This document shows positions 14,492 to 26,129 of a DNA stretch of 64,000 nt, piece after piece. This DNA is from Octopus sinensis (Eukaryota). Numbering within the stretch: position 1 is the first letter of the stretch; each line of letters opens with the position of its first letter. The notes beneath the pieces are model-generated. The model saw only the letters and a program-made list of their open reading frames with translations. It had not been told where the DNA came from and made no database searches. The stretch covers positions 75,826,001-75,890,000 of the forward strand of contig NC_043006.1 in the NCBI RefSeq assembly GCF_006345805.1, given 5' to 3'. Made by a program: the position numbers and the translations under genes.

Positions 14492-16661
14492 TCTGGATAA
14501 TTACTACTTGGTTCTGTTAGCTATGAGACATATGGAGCATGGATTTTATCTTCTTCATTTCCTATTTTTTTTATTTGTGTTTGTTTGTATATATATATAT
14601 ATATATATGTAAATTTATATATGTAAACTTAAAATAATAAGGGTGAAAAATTGATTAATAACAATTTAAAATCAGTGGTCTAGCAAATATAAAAATATAA
14701 AAATTCAGAAAAATTATATTACATATTTATAAGGGAGATGACCACTAGGTGGACATCCATTTTGCTAGAAGTCGACCCCCTATGGTCTTATCACTAAGAA
14801 AGGAATGTTCTCAAGAAAATTTAGCAAACGCCAAAAAAGCGAGCAAGACAAATGAAAAGATACAAAATATACAGATTAATCACAAACTAGTTTCATTGTT
14901 ACCACTTATAGCAAAATGGATGTCATCTCTCTTATATGTATGTATGCATATATATATATAAATATACTTATACATAATATATATATATATATATACACCT
15001 ATACATAATATATATATGTATACACAAGGTCACATTTTGAATGTATACATATACATATGTGTGTGTGTGTGTGTGTGTGTGAGTATTATATGTGAATGCG
15101 AGTGTGTATATGTGTATATGCATATAAATAATACCACTGGTGGTTAAATAAGAATAAAAAGGGAAACAAATTATTTCTATCCTATGTGTGGGAAATTGGG
15201 AAGGAAAAAAGTATTTGATTAAAATATTTTATCCTTGCATTTACACAAGCTGATATCCCCTTTGGAATGTCTAATATTTTTCCTTTCATTGTTATCTTGT
15301 AATACAATTGACTCTTTATTTTGGGGTCGAATATATCTCATATAGCTTTTTAGACATATAATATATATATAAAAAAAACCCAGCAAGATCAATACTTTGA
15401 GAAATATACTGTGAAGCTCCTTATTTTTGATGAAACCAAACCGGGTTGAAATATATTTACTCTCCTTGTATTTAATTGAATTTCATTGATCATGTGTTTA
15501 GCAATTAAAAGATTGTAACCGCTTTTTATTGTATAACGTATAAATAGGAAACACTACATTATTATAATAACTAATAAGTGAATAATTTTTAGATGTAGAA
15601 GCGAAATAGTGCATACACAATTGAACCGACAAATAAACATTCTTCACAAATCGGAAGTAAATATTTTCCTTCCTATCTGTGTATCTGGGCAATTAGATTC
15701 CTCATGAACTGTTGGATTATCCAATAATGGTATCTGGGTTACATTAATGTTTTGTCCAAAGTGAAAGTTATATTTAACTAGTGAGAGGAATCAGCCCTTA
15801 AATCCGTTTTCATTTAAGAAACCGTTTAGATACATGCATGATTTATAGCAAAGGTACTTTTGAACCGTCTCGTCTATGGACAGTATAGTGTTAGCTACAG
15901 GATACGGGCAGTACACTATTGACTTTATATCCGGCAGTTTGCCATTCAATTAATTCATGTAACTGTAATTCAAATCTCTGTAGTGGTCACTTGAATTTAC
16001 TTTGGAGATGATTCAATACATTTGTGTCAGAAGAAATTAAATTGATGTATGATTGTTGATGCGATGATGATATAACATGTCTTTTGAAAGGAACTGTGAT
16101 CGTTGGACAACTAAATTCTGCACTAAAACGCTGAATTAAAATTCTAGTATCTTGGACAACGAAATATATATTTATCTTCTCTACGAATATGTTTCAGTGT
16201 TAAATATAAAATAGATGAATAAATATGTGTGAATATAAAAAAATATGTATAATATATATAAGAATATAAATAGATCTTATTAATTACATATCAAAACATA
16301 TGTTTCAGCCTTCTGTTAATTTTTGTGGTTCAAAATATTCGTTGCACAATTACTGCCTCTTTATCAATATTTGATTTTATATTACCCACAAGGGGCTATA
16401 CACAGAATGGGACAATGCAAAACAAGACAAACATAAACTCGGGGAACTTAAAATGCAAAAAGAAGATGAATTAAGACGAAAATATAAAAGAAAGAAATGA
16501 AAATATGAAAAAGATATAAATGTGGCGCAATGCCCCCTCGGCCCCCGAAGTCGAGTGGCTACATTTCAACAATTTTTTTCTTTTTTTCATAAATGAATAT
16601 CACAAAAATTACAATTGAAGTTTTCTTCTTTGTCTCTTATAATCCATTATGATAGGTGGGC

Positions 16662-18022
16662 TTTCATATGACACCGCTAGAAAAAAACTGCCCTTCAAAC
16701 CGAAAAGATCCCTATATTTGAGCAGTGGTTTGTAGCTTGATCGGTAACATGCATGGCAAATTATATATATATGTTTTCGTTACTAAAATTATTGACTTTT
16801 TCCCTTTATTACAGGCACAAGGCTTAAATATAGAAGGGACTTAAAAAAAACCGTGCGGGAACATAAAACACATGAAAGATGATATGTGAAATGATACATA
16901 AATAATGCAAATGAGACAGTCATCTCGCTCCCGTTGCGAGACGAAACCGTGAATTCCTTTTTACACTTAAACTTTTCGATAACGTCTAGTTTTGTTCTGA
17001 GTCGAAACTGCGACTTCTTCCTTTGTGCTCAGCATTAGCATTATAACTTTTACACTAATTGTTTATACTGTTCTTTCTTAATTTCTTTGTCTAAATTTCT
17101 TTTTTTAAAACAAAAGAAAACTGTTTATCACAGTTTACCAAAACTTAAAGAAACCTGTTCATTAACGGTTCACATTTACATTATTTTTCGCTTTATTTTT
17201 AATCTGCAAAGTTCAAAATGTAATACTTTTTTTCAGTTACAGTCTTTGGATCCTTTCGGTTTGAACGACAATACTTAACATAATTTCTAGGTAACTAAAA
17301 AATTTTAAACTTCGTATACTGGTAGAATGTGTTTATAAAACATCTGTTTTCTCTTGGCTTTCTTAAGAAAATTCTATAGTTTGTCAGATATTTGTTGTTT
17401 TTTTCTTCAATTCCTGCAATTTCACCCAATCAGTGACGTCTATTGAGGTAAAAAAAAGTATTCTGTGCTGTATGAATATGTCTCTCGTTTAAGAAACAGA
17501 TTGGGTTTATTTACATTTGTGAAGAAAAAAGATACACTTTCCCCACCCCTAATCCTAATCCTAACTAACCCTAACCCTAAAACAGATTGAAATGCAATAG
17601 ATCGATACTAGGGTCAAAATTATGGGTGACAATTTCATATGACACCGCTAGAAAAAACTGCCCTTCAAACCAAAAAGATCCCTTTATTTGAGCAGTGGTC
17701 TGTAGTTTGATCGGTAACATGCATGGCAAATTATATATATGTGTTTTCGTTACTAAAATTATTGACTTTTTCCCTTTATTACAGGCACAAGGCCTAAATA
17801 TAGAAGGGACTTAAAAAAACGTGCGGGAACATAAAACACATGAAGGATGATATTTGAAATGATACATAAATTTCTTTTTTTAAAACAAAAGAAAACTTTT
17901 TATCACAGTTTACCAAAACTTATAGAAACCTGTTCATTAACGGTTCAAATTTACATTATTTTTCTCTTTTTTTTAACCTGCAAAGTTAAAAATCTAATAC
18001 TTTTTTTTCAGTTACAGTCTTT
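16662..18022 (+). repeat. Tandem direct duplication (period 971 bp) of element end plus flank
   Basis: 16662-17247 recurs at 17633-18022. The second copy lacks ~190 bp, deleted between TAAAT microhomologies. Confidence 0.88.
17248..17681. mobile_element. Short TIR element containing a telomere-like (CCCTAA)n tract
   Basis: Ends ggatcctttcggtttgaa and ttcaaaccaaaaagatcc; ccctaatcctaatcctaactaaccctaaccctaa at ~17547-17581. Confidence 0.7.
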
Positions 18023-18120
18023 CACAATTTAAATACATACCATTTAGTATCCTATCTTACTATGTTTTTCCTTCATATTTTTGTTTTATCCTGTCTGAAA
18101 TTGTTATTTTTGTCTTTTAT

Positions 18121-18664
18121 TATAGATATTTTCAATCTAATTTGGATTCTTTGCCATCAAATTTGAATTCTTTGCAATCAAATTTGAATTTTTCAATTGG
18201 TGCTCAAGCCTTGAAATAAAAAGTTAAACTACATCAGCCGTCTTATCTGACTCGTCCAGTAGAGCCCACCAATTGATATCTGAAAAGGTCGATAAAATAA
18301 CTCATGAACATTGCGATAGCTTCTACCAAAAGATGCTCCGTTACGTTGACCGGTCTGAACAAGGGGACATAATAGAAAAGGAATCGTTGGTTTATTATCT
18401 CCCCTTGATCAGACCGGTCAACGCAACGGAGCATCTTTTGGTAGAAGCTATCGCAGTGTTCATGAGTTATTTCATCGAACTTTTCAGATATCAGTTGGTG
18501 GGCTCTCCTGTACGAGTTAGATAAGATAGACATGTATTCCCTTACGGCTGATGTAGTTTAACTCTATTTTTTAAGGCTTGAGCACTAATTGAAAAATTCA
18601 AATTTGATTGCAAAGAATTCAAATTTGATGGCAAAGATTCCAAACTAGATCGAAAACATCTATA
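18121..18664. mobile_element. Foldback/MITE: ~250-270 bp inverted arms with an 18-nt spacer and ~21-bp subterminal tandem repeats
   Basis: 18121-18374 is the reverse complement of 18393-18664, with a ~20-bp indel in the right arm. This explains the near-identical opposite-strand ORFs 18243-18533 and 18273-18524. Confidence 0.9.
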
Positions 18665-20223
18665 TTCTTAATTAACTCTAAACATGAATGAGCTTGTCTG
18701 GAAACTTATACTGATACCTATTTCTTTATTTCTGGAAACTTATACTGATACCGTGACTGGTTGTTAGGTACCCCTTTTGTAAGTAATGACCAGTTAAGGC
18801 ATTGGTGGGTTATGTACAGTCCCTCATGACGCATGTTTCTTAAAGCAAGTAAACGCCGTCGACAAAACACTCTACGCGTGACACATACTGATTTTCGAAA
18901 TAAGGAGTCGCAGACACTCCCTTTTGCAAACGTGACTACCTGGTTTTCTTCCACAACAGCAAAAATGTTTCGCTGAAGAAAATCACAACAAATTTCAACA
19001 CTCAGAGTTGTTGATCGTCCATCATGGCACTAAAAACAAAATACGAAATGCGAACCACATTAAGAAAATTCTCACATATATGTGAAAACACTAATGCGGC
19101 CATAGAAATATTTTATCGCAAAGTTGAGTAAAAATAAAAACGAATATTTTATATATAACACTTTTCTGCTGCCCCTTTAAATTTCCCTGTCATTTGTACT
19201 CTGAGTACGTTCGACCTATTAATACAGATATCTATATATTTAGACTTAAGAATTCGTCATCCGTAAGTCGGCATCTTTTGCATTATCTTGGTTTGATTGT
19301 ATACATATATACATATTTCGAATTTCATACACAAACTATCATATTTAATATATTTAACGTATCTGAATTGTTTATCCGCATAATTGCCTATATATGTATA
19401 TATATGTATGTATGCATATACATATCTCCGAGTACCAATAGTCATGGTTCACTATTTTAAAATTATTCGGATAAGATTTGGAAATCTACGTAATGCATGA
19501 TATAATCTATTATCACTACATAAAATATAAATTTCACGAAACATTTGTCGCAAATTTAAACTCCATTCATCTGTTCTATCAAATACACACGCACACACAT
19601 ACACACACGTACATACACATGGGCGCATACACACATATATCTAGTCATGGCTATGTCTTTATTTTATGAAATTATATATTGATGCTTCGAAATCATTTTA
19701 GGAAACAACTCAAAATTACATTCGCAGCTTGGCTAGGGTATTGCGAAATGTATAAGCGCCAATAGTTATGGCTAAATCCATAGCAGAAGAGACATGATCT
19801 GTAAAAATAATCGGATCATTTCGATTCATTGGCTGTCTGCTACCAATACTGGAATAATCGCATCATTTCAAATGGGTGAACGACTGCTCCTGATACTAGA
19901 ACGCACAGTTCTAAAGCATGAGAGTGGAAACATATTTGCAGCCTGTGAAAATGATAACACAGATCCTAAACTCACTAAATATTATTGTACTGAATGGTGT
20001 GCAATTCATCTAGATGAACTTGACTCTTAATCTCAACCCTGTCTCTAATTCCCCGTTCTTTTATGATTATCTGTTTATATAAAAGGCAGGATGTGTGTGT
20101 GTGTGTTTGTGTGTACGTGAATGTAAGTTATGCACGTCCACAAATTAGCACGAATGTCGCTCCAGTTTTAGATGGAAATTCCTCATGACCCTAGCTGTAT
20201 TTTCGACAACTTATTTTTACCAG

Positions 20224-20337
20224 AAGCAGCAGCGAATAGCAGTAAAAATAAATTTTCAACCAAAACTTTTAATAATTTTCAAGTCGGAGATATCACCATT
20301 GTTTGCAAACAGGAGTTAAATCCCCTTCTAGGGACGA
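20224..20337 (+). other. Possible isolated 114-bp symmetric (phase 1-1) coding exon
   Basis: Acceptor ttatttttaccag and donor GA|gtaagt. One open frame: AAANSSKNKFSTKTFNNFQVGDITIVCKQELNPLLGT. No recognised homology and no partner exons found. Confidence 0.22.
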
Positions 20338-21923
20338 GTAAGTGCTAAAACTTTTGTTGTTTGTTTTTCCATCGTGGAAAACAAGTGCTTTGTTGATATA
20401 CGGGAAAAACGCTCAATACACGCTCACACACACACACGCACAGGCACAAACACTTATTGAAAGAAACCTTTAAGTGGTTTTAGAGAAGAAAATGGAAGTT
20501 ATGGAAGTTTCCGCTTATATAAATACAATATTGTGACTGTATACCAGAATATAGTATGAAACCATAAATTTATCATTAATCTGCGTTATGGGGAAACCGT
20601 AGTTCAAATTTATTTTCTTTCAGATCAACTACAGAGCTATTTGTATTGTTGTCAAGAGAATTGCCATAAAGGAAACGAAATGCATATTTCTAGCTGTGAT
20701 ATTTTGTGTTGAGATCCCCAACCACCATAGGAGTGCACTGACGCTATGGCTCTAATGTCATTCGCTCATTGCAAAGTGCTGACAAGTGGATTCAAGTTTG
20801 TTAACATTCCTTTCATTTTTCGAGGAGAATTTTTCATCTAGATTACAAACAAACGTTTCTTAAAGCTAACACCCTCATTAAATGATGTAAGACACATTAC
20901 ATGTAAGATATGTATGCTGGTATAAACTGTATAAATATAAGTGCCGACGAACCGTAAGCAACTTTTCGTACGTTTGTACCAACAGACTGTATTAATTTGG
21001 CTTCTTTTCAATATTTTATTATAAGTAATAATTATTGTGCCTAGATGGTTTATGTTCTAGCTCCTTTGCCTATGGCTCTTGGTTTCCATTTCGTTTGCGG
21101 CTGCATTACACGCAGAGTATTCTATATTTATATAATAAAATATAAGAATAAACGTATCTTATTAGGCGGTATATACGAAATGTCTTATTTGCAGAGTGAT
21201 TAAAAAGGTAGTAACCTTTTTTCATTGCTCATAGCATTAGAATTGCTATTTGTACCGAGATATGAACTATTAACTCAGTATTTCACTCGGGGTCCCTTTG
21301 TTAGTTAACGATTATCTGATAAACATAAACTGTATAAATTTATTATATAAAATAATTGTTTTAGTATATATTTGTCATGACGTATTTTAATGAAAATCAA
21401 TAATAATTTTAAATAAATATCTGAAAGCATTTCCATATATTTAAATATAAACATTTATAATATATTAAGAATTTCAATTACATTTATTACAAAACATCCA
21501 TTTGCTTTTAAACTCGAAATAATAAAGATAATAATGATAATATTAATAGAATATAAAAATAAATTACAAATAGAAATTATTTCATTTAACTACTTCATTT
21601 AAATACTGAAGTATATTTAAGTTAACTATAAAATAATAATAAATCGCTCACTGACAAAGAATAACAACAATAAAAGCAACAGAGAACAAAATGATGAAGA
21701 AAAATAAAACAGCTGCCAACAGCTACACTTTGTATTGATGTATTTCATGTCTGAATAGGAAATGAAATCTTGAGGATGGGATCAATATTGATTAAATAAT
21801 TAACTACTAATATAAATACAAAACATATGTAAATACACATATGTGTTTGTGCATGAGTATATCTATATATATCTGCATACATGTGCATATATATGTATAT
21901 GTATGTAGCCATGCACACCCATT

Positions 21924-21979
<56 letters not shown>

Positions 21980-22201
21980 CACGTTTGCGTTTTTGTGTGT
22001 GTGTGTGTATGTGTGTGTGTGCAACCGAGTATTTATTCGTAAAAGTAATAATAATTCGACGACCTTGACTAGAAACGTCAGTAACAGTTGATAGCATAAT
22101 TGAATACGTTATATTTATTTCCATTAGTTAAACGCTATGATTTCCTGCCGTGATACCCGATTTTTTCAATGAGACAAGAGAATCTCTAGAGATTTATATG
22201 C

Positions 22202-22277
<76 letters not shown>

Positions 22278-22470
22278 TTACATGTGAGATCCAGATATTC
22301 TCAGTATAGAAGGCACTTCAAATGATTCGAACTTAGACTTCAAAGCCGTTAGAGGAGATCATTCCACGTGGGGTAAAGAATGGTTATAAAAGGGACCAAC
22401 CGGGCATAGAAGTATTTATGCGTATAAACATTCTGTAATTTGTTTATCCGCGTAATTGCTTTGATATATA

Positions 22471-22510
<40 letters not shown>

Positions 22511-22559
22511 TATATATAATTATCATTATTATTTCGAGTTTAAAAGCAAAAGGGTGTTT

Positions 22560-22811
22560 TGTAATAAATGTAATTGAAGAGCCTTGTGAGTGGATTTGGT
22601 AAACGGAAACTGAAAGAAGCCCGCCATCATGATAGATCATTAGCCACTACACACATGTTTTTCTCTCCTTGTTTTTTCTGTGTCCCTTTCTGTAGAAGAG
22701 CGTAGGCTCGAAACGTAAAAGTATTTTTCTATTCCTGAGATTTATACTAATACATCTGTTTGTTTTCTGCACCACCTGTCTTCGTCTTTTGATTTTTTTC
22801 GTAAACTCTCC

Positions 22812-22867
<56 letters not shown>

Positions 22868-23098
22868 GTGTGTGTTTGTGTCTGTGTGTGTTTGTGTGTT
22901 TGTGTCTGTCTCCCAGCATCGATTGGCAACCGATGCTGGTGTGTTTACGTCGCCGTAACTTAGCAGTTCGGCAAAGGAGAACGATAGAATAAGTACTAAG
23001 CTTACAAAGAATAAGCCCTGGGGTCGATTTGCTCGACTAAAGTTTGTGCTCCAGCATGTGCACAGCCAAATGACTGAAACAAGTAAAAGAGTAAAGAG

Positions 23099-23100
<2 letters not shown>
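22560..23100 (+). mobile_element. SINE family B (internal microsatellite), interrupted by the hammerhead-bearing fragment
   Basis: The 5' part is gccttgtgagtggatttggtaaacggaaactgaaagaagcccg; the 3' part is gatgctggtgtgtttacgtc..cggcaaagga..atagaataagtact..ggggtcgatttgctcgactaaa..aatgactgaaacaagtaaaagagta. Confidence 0.78.
22686..22721 (+). ncRNA. Minimal type I hammerhead-ribozyme-like motif in a PLE-type repeat fragment (~22647-22815)
   Basis: cttt-CTGTAGA-a-gagc/gtag/gctc-GAAAC-GTA-aaag. Stems I and II pair perfectly and stem III has a palindromic ACGT. Core A6 is replaced by U. Confidence 0.55.
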
Positions 23101-23130
<30 letters not shown>

Positions 23131-23486
23131 TGTATGTATGTATGTATGTATATGTATGTATGTGTGTGCGCAAGTGTATGTGCGTACGTGCTATCTCTAT
23201 AGTTATGAGGAGCAAACTAGTTGTAGGTGAATTGCGAAGTGCTGTAATAGAACGCCTTAGATAGTGTACTAAAAATTAGGTACGATTAATTAGAAGGGAA
23301 TAACGAAGTAATTTCAAACATAAACTGTAATTATTGCTGTTGAGGGAAGGAACATAAAAAAGAAGAACACGTATTTATAAACGATCGATATGAGCCAAAG
23401 GAAAGGGTTTGTGTTAGAGGTATTAATGTAATAGTATTAATAGTATTAAGGTAATAGTTAGAGGTATTAGTGTAATAATGTAATAG

Positions 23487-23717
23487 AGGCGGCGAGCTGG
23501 CAGAAACGTTAGCACGCCGGGCGAAATGCTTAGCGGTATTTCGTCTGCGTTACGTTGTGAGTTCAAATTCCGCCGAGGTCAACTTTGCCTTTCATCCTTT
23601 CGGGGTCGATAAATTAAGTACCAGTTACGCACTGGGGTCGATGTAATCGACTTAATACCTATGTCTGTCCTTGTTTGTCCCCTCTGTGTTTAGCCCCTTG
23701 TGGGTAATAAAGAAATA
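23487..23717 (+). mobile_element. SINE family A, full length, with TSD
   Basis: ggcggcgagctggcagaaacg...gggtaataaagaaata. The right flank ggtattaatgtaatag resembles the left flank ggtattagtgtaataatgtaatag. Confidence 0.92.
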
Positions 23718-24329
23718 GGTATTAATGTAATAGTTTAAGAGATGCGCGTGGAGGAGATATATGCGATTTTCGATTACAAGCCGGATGTCAGAGCGATTGT
23801 TGTTAATTTGTATGATAAACCTAGTAAAGTGTATGTAAGAGATTCGTTATGATGAGAAATGTATGTATTTATGTATGCATGTATTTATGTATGTATTTAT
23901 GAATGTATGTATGAATTTATGTATGTAATTTTGTATGCATCTATGAATTTATGTATATATGCATAAACATATCAATAAGCATTGGTTATGCTGCTGAGAC
24001 AGAAATTGTATAAGTCTATAAGTTCAGATTTTATGCATTTAAAACATTTAATAAAGGCTGTTAATGTCGACAAACCGTCGGGTTTCTCTCTATATATATA
24101 CCACCTTGAGTCAAAAGTTTCTTCAAATTCCATTGATGACTTTTAGTAACTGGCACCTCCATGTGAATACATTTAATTCGATAGAACTGTCCAATCTTTG
24201 CCGAATCGTCTATTCTCTATTTCATACATAAGGAAGAAATATTTCACATTTCATTTTACAGCTTTGATAATTCGTGATGTAAATATCACAATTAGAGCCA
24301 TTTTATGGTGTCTGTGGATAAATGGCCTG

Positions 24330-24567
24330 ATTTCATGAGCAGCGATAAAAAAAACATTAATGAGGTGGAAGGCCTAGGAACTGTCATCAAACAGGTGGCA
24401 CAAAGCTTGTTCAGACGTTTCAACGGAGGTGACACCAGCCTCGAAGAGAAACCAAGATCAGGAGACCTTGTGATGTAGAAAATTTGGCCTTGGTTGAAGT
24501 AGTTAAATACCAGCCAGGCACAAGCACTTATACATTGTCGTCAGAATTTGGTCCTTCGCAAAGGACT
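24330..24567 (+). mobile_element. Mariner transposase N-terminal (HTH) fragment
   Basis: Translates as INEVEGLGTVIKQVAQSLFRRFNGGDTSLEEKPRSG, then LVEVVKYQPGTSTYTLSSEFGPSQRT; ends at a (CTT)n tract. Confidence 0.8.
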
Positions 24568-24627
24568 CTCTTCTTCTTCTTCTTCTTCTTCTTCTTCTTC
24601 TTCTTCTTCTTCTTCTTCTTCTTCTTC

Positions 24628-24659
<32 letters not shown>

Positions 24660-25019
24660 CTTCTTCTTCTCATTAAGTTCTTTCAATTTTGTTTCCATTT
24701 CTTGCCAAGTGCCTTCCTGACACACAGGGCAGAGAAACGCACTGTGTACATTGGTAGGTCATTTAAAATAAATACACCAGATTGTTCATTTACAAAGTCG
24801 TGTAATAGAGAAAACGAGGAAGAAAGGAAAAGACAAAAAATACAAGATAAAATATAAGAATTAAACAAATAAAATAAAGTGGCGGGGAAAGAAAAAACAA
24901 TTTACAGCGACAATGCTCTTCTCAAAACATGTGAATTACCAGTTAAGATAATCTTTTGCCCTTCCCGCATGGATCATACACCAGGGATCATTCTTACATA
25001 ATTTTTAGTTCCTTTAATC

Positions 25020-25075
25020 TTCTTCTTCTTCTTCTTCTTCTTCTTCTTCTTCTTCTTCTTCTTCTTCTTCTTCTT

Positions 25076-25106
<31 letters not shown>

Positions 25107-25148
25107 TTATTATTATTATTTTATTATTATTATTATTATTATTGTTAT
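25020..25148. repeat. (CTT)n(ATT)n microsatellite; (CTT)n also at ~24568-24670
   Basis: Direct reading. Confidence 0.95.
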
Positions 25149-25319
25149 TTGCGTCATTCACATTCTAACCAAGGTCAACCTAGCCTTTGAAATATCTGGG
25201 CACGGTTTACAGAAATCTATAGGCCCGTGGTGATGTCTTTCTGATCGACTAAATACCATCTCTCAAAATTGATGACATAGTGTTAAATTACAGACATTCC
25301 TTAGTAATATAGCCACAAG

Positions 25320-26095
25320 TCCTGCAATCTTCCGGTGAAGGAGGCTAGTCGTTTACCTCAACCTCAGAAAGGATGAAAGCAATGTCGATCTCAGCCGAAT
25401 TTGAAATTAGAATGTAAACTGTCGGAAGGAACGCCGCTAAGCATTTTGTTCGGCGCTCTAACGAGTCTGCCATATTGCCATTTTCAAAATTAGAATCATC
25501 ATTGATAGTACTTTCTGTTATAGGCAGAAATCCTGATATTTTGTGCGGAGGGGGCTAGTCTATTACATCGATCTCAGTACATGATTGGTTCTTATTTCAT
25601 CGACCGGGAAAGGATAAAATGTAAAGTTGACCAAGGCGGAATTTTAACACACAACGTAAAGATGGACAATAATATTACTAATCTTTTTTATTATAAGTAC
25701 AAGAGTAGCAGTTTGGGAGCAGGCGTCTGGTTCATTATATCGACCTCTGTGTTCAACTGGTACTTATTGTATCAATCTCGAAAAGATAGAAATCGACCTC
25801 AGGGGAATTTGAACTCAACGTAAAGAAGATCGAAATGTTGCTATGCATATTGATCGGCGGGGTAGCGATTCTGCCAGCTCACTGTCTTGATTCTAATGGT
25901 TTCAAATTTTGGTACCAGGCCAGCAATTTTAGGGAAGGTGTAAGTCGATTACACTGACCCCCGTGTTTAACTGGTTCTAATTTTATCGACCCCGAAATGA
26001 TGAAAGATAAAGTCGAACTCGACCCGGAATTTGAACGTAGAACGACACTAAGTATTTTGCCCGGCGTGCTAACAATTCTGCCAGCTCCTTGCCTT
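25320..26095 (-). mobile_element. Cluster of about four degraded SINE family A copies
   Basis: Repeated aaaggat(g/a)aaa..gtcga.c..gcggaattt and gcattttg..cggcg..ctaacga.tctgcca motifs. Confidence 0.7.
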
Positions 26096-26098
26096 GGC

Positions 26099-26129
<31 letters not shown>

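Noticed and set aside
14728-14936. Possible MITE with tataagggagatgac / gtcatctctcttata ends
   Set aside because: The match is short and interrupted with no TSD distinguishable from the AT background; left unassigned.
16905-16960. tctcgc/gcgaga stem followed by cgaaac (hammerhead-like)
   Set aside because: No CUGANGA core upstream and no stem I or III pairing.
18243-18533. Two near-identical proteins encoded on opposite strands
   Set aside because: Artefact of the foldback palindrome.
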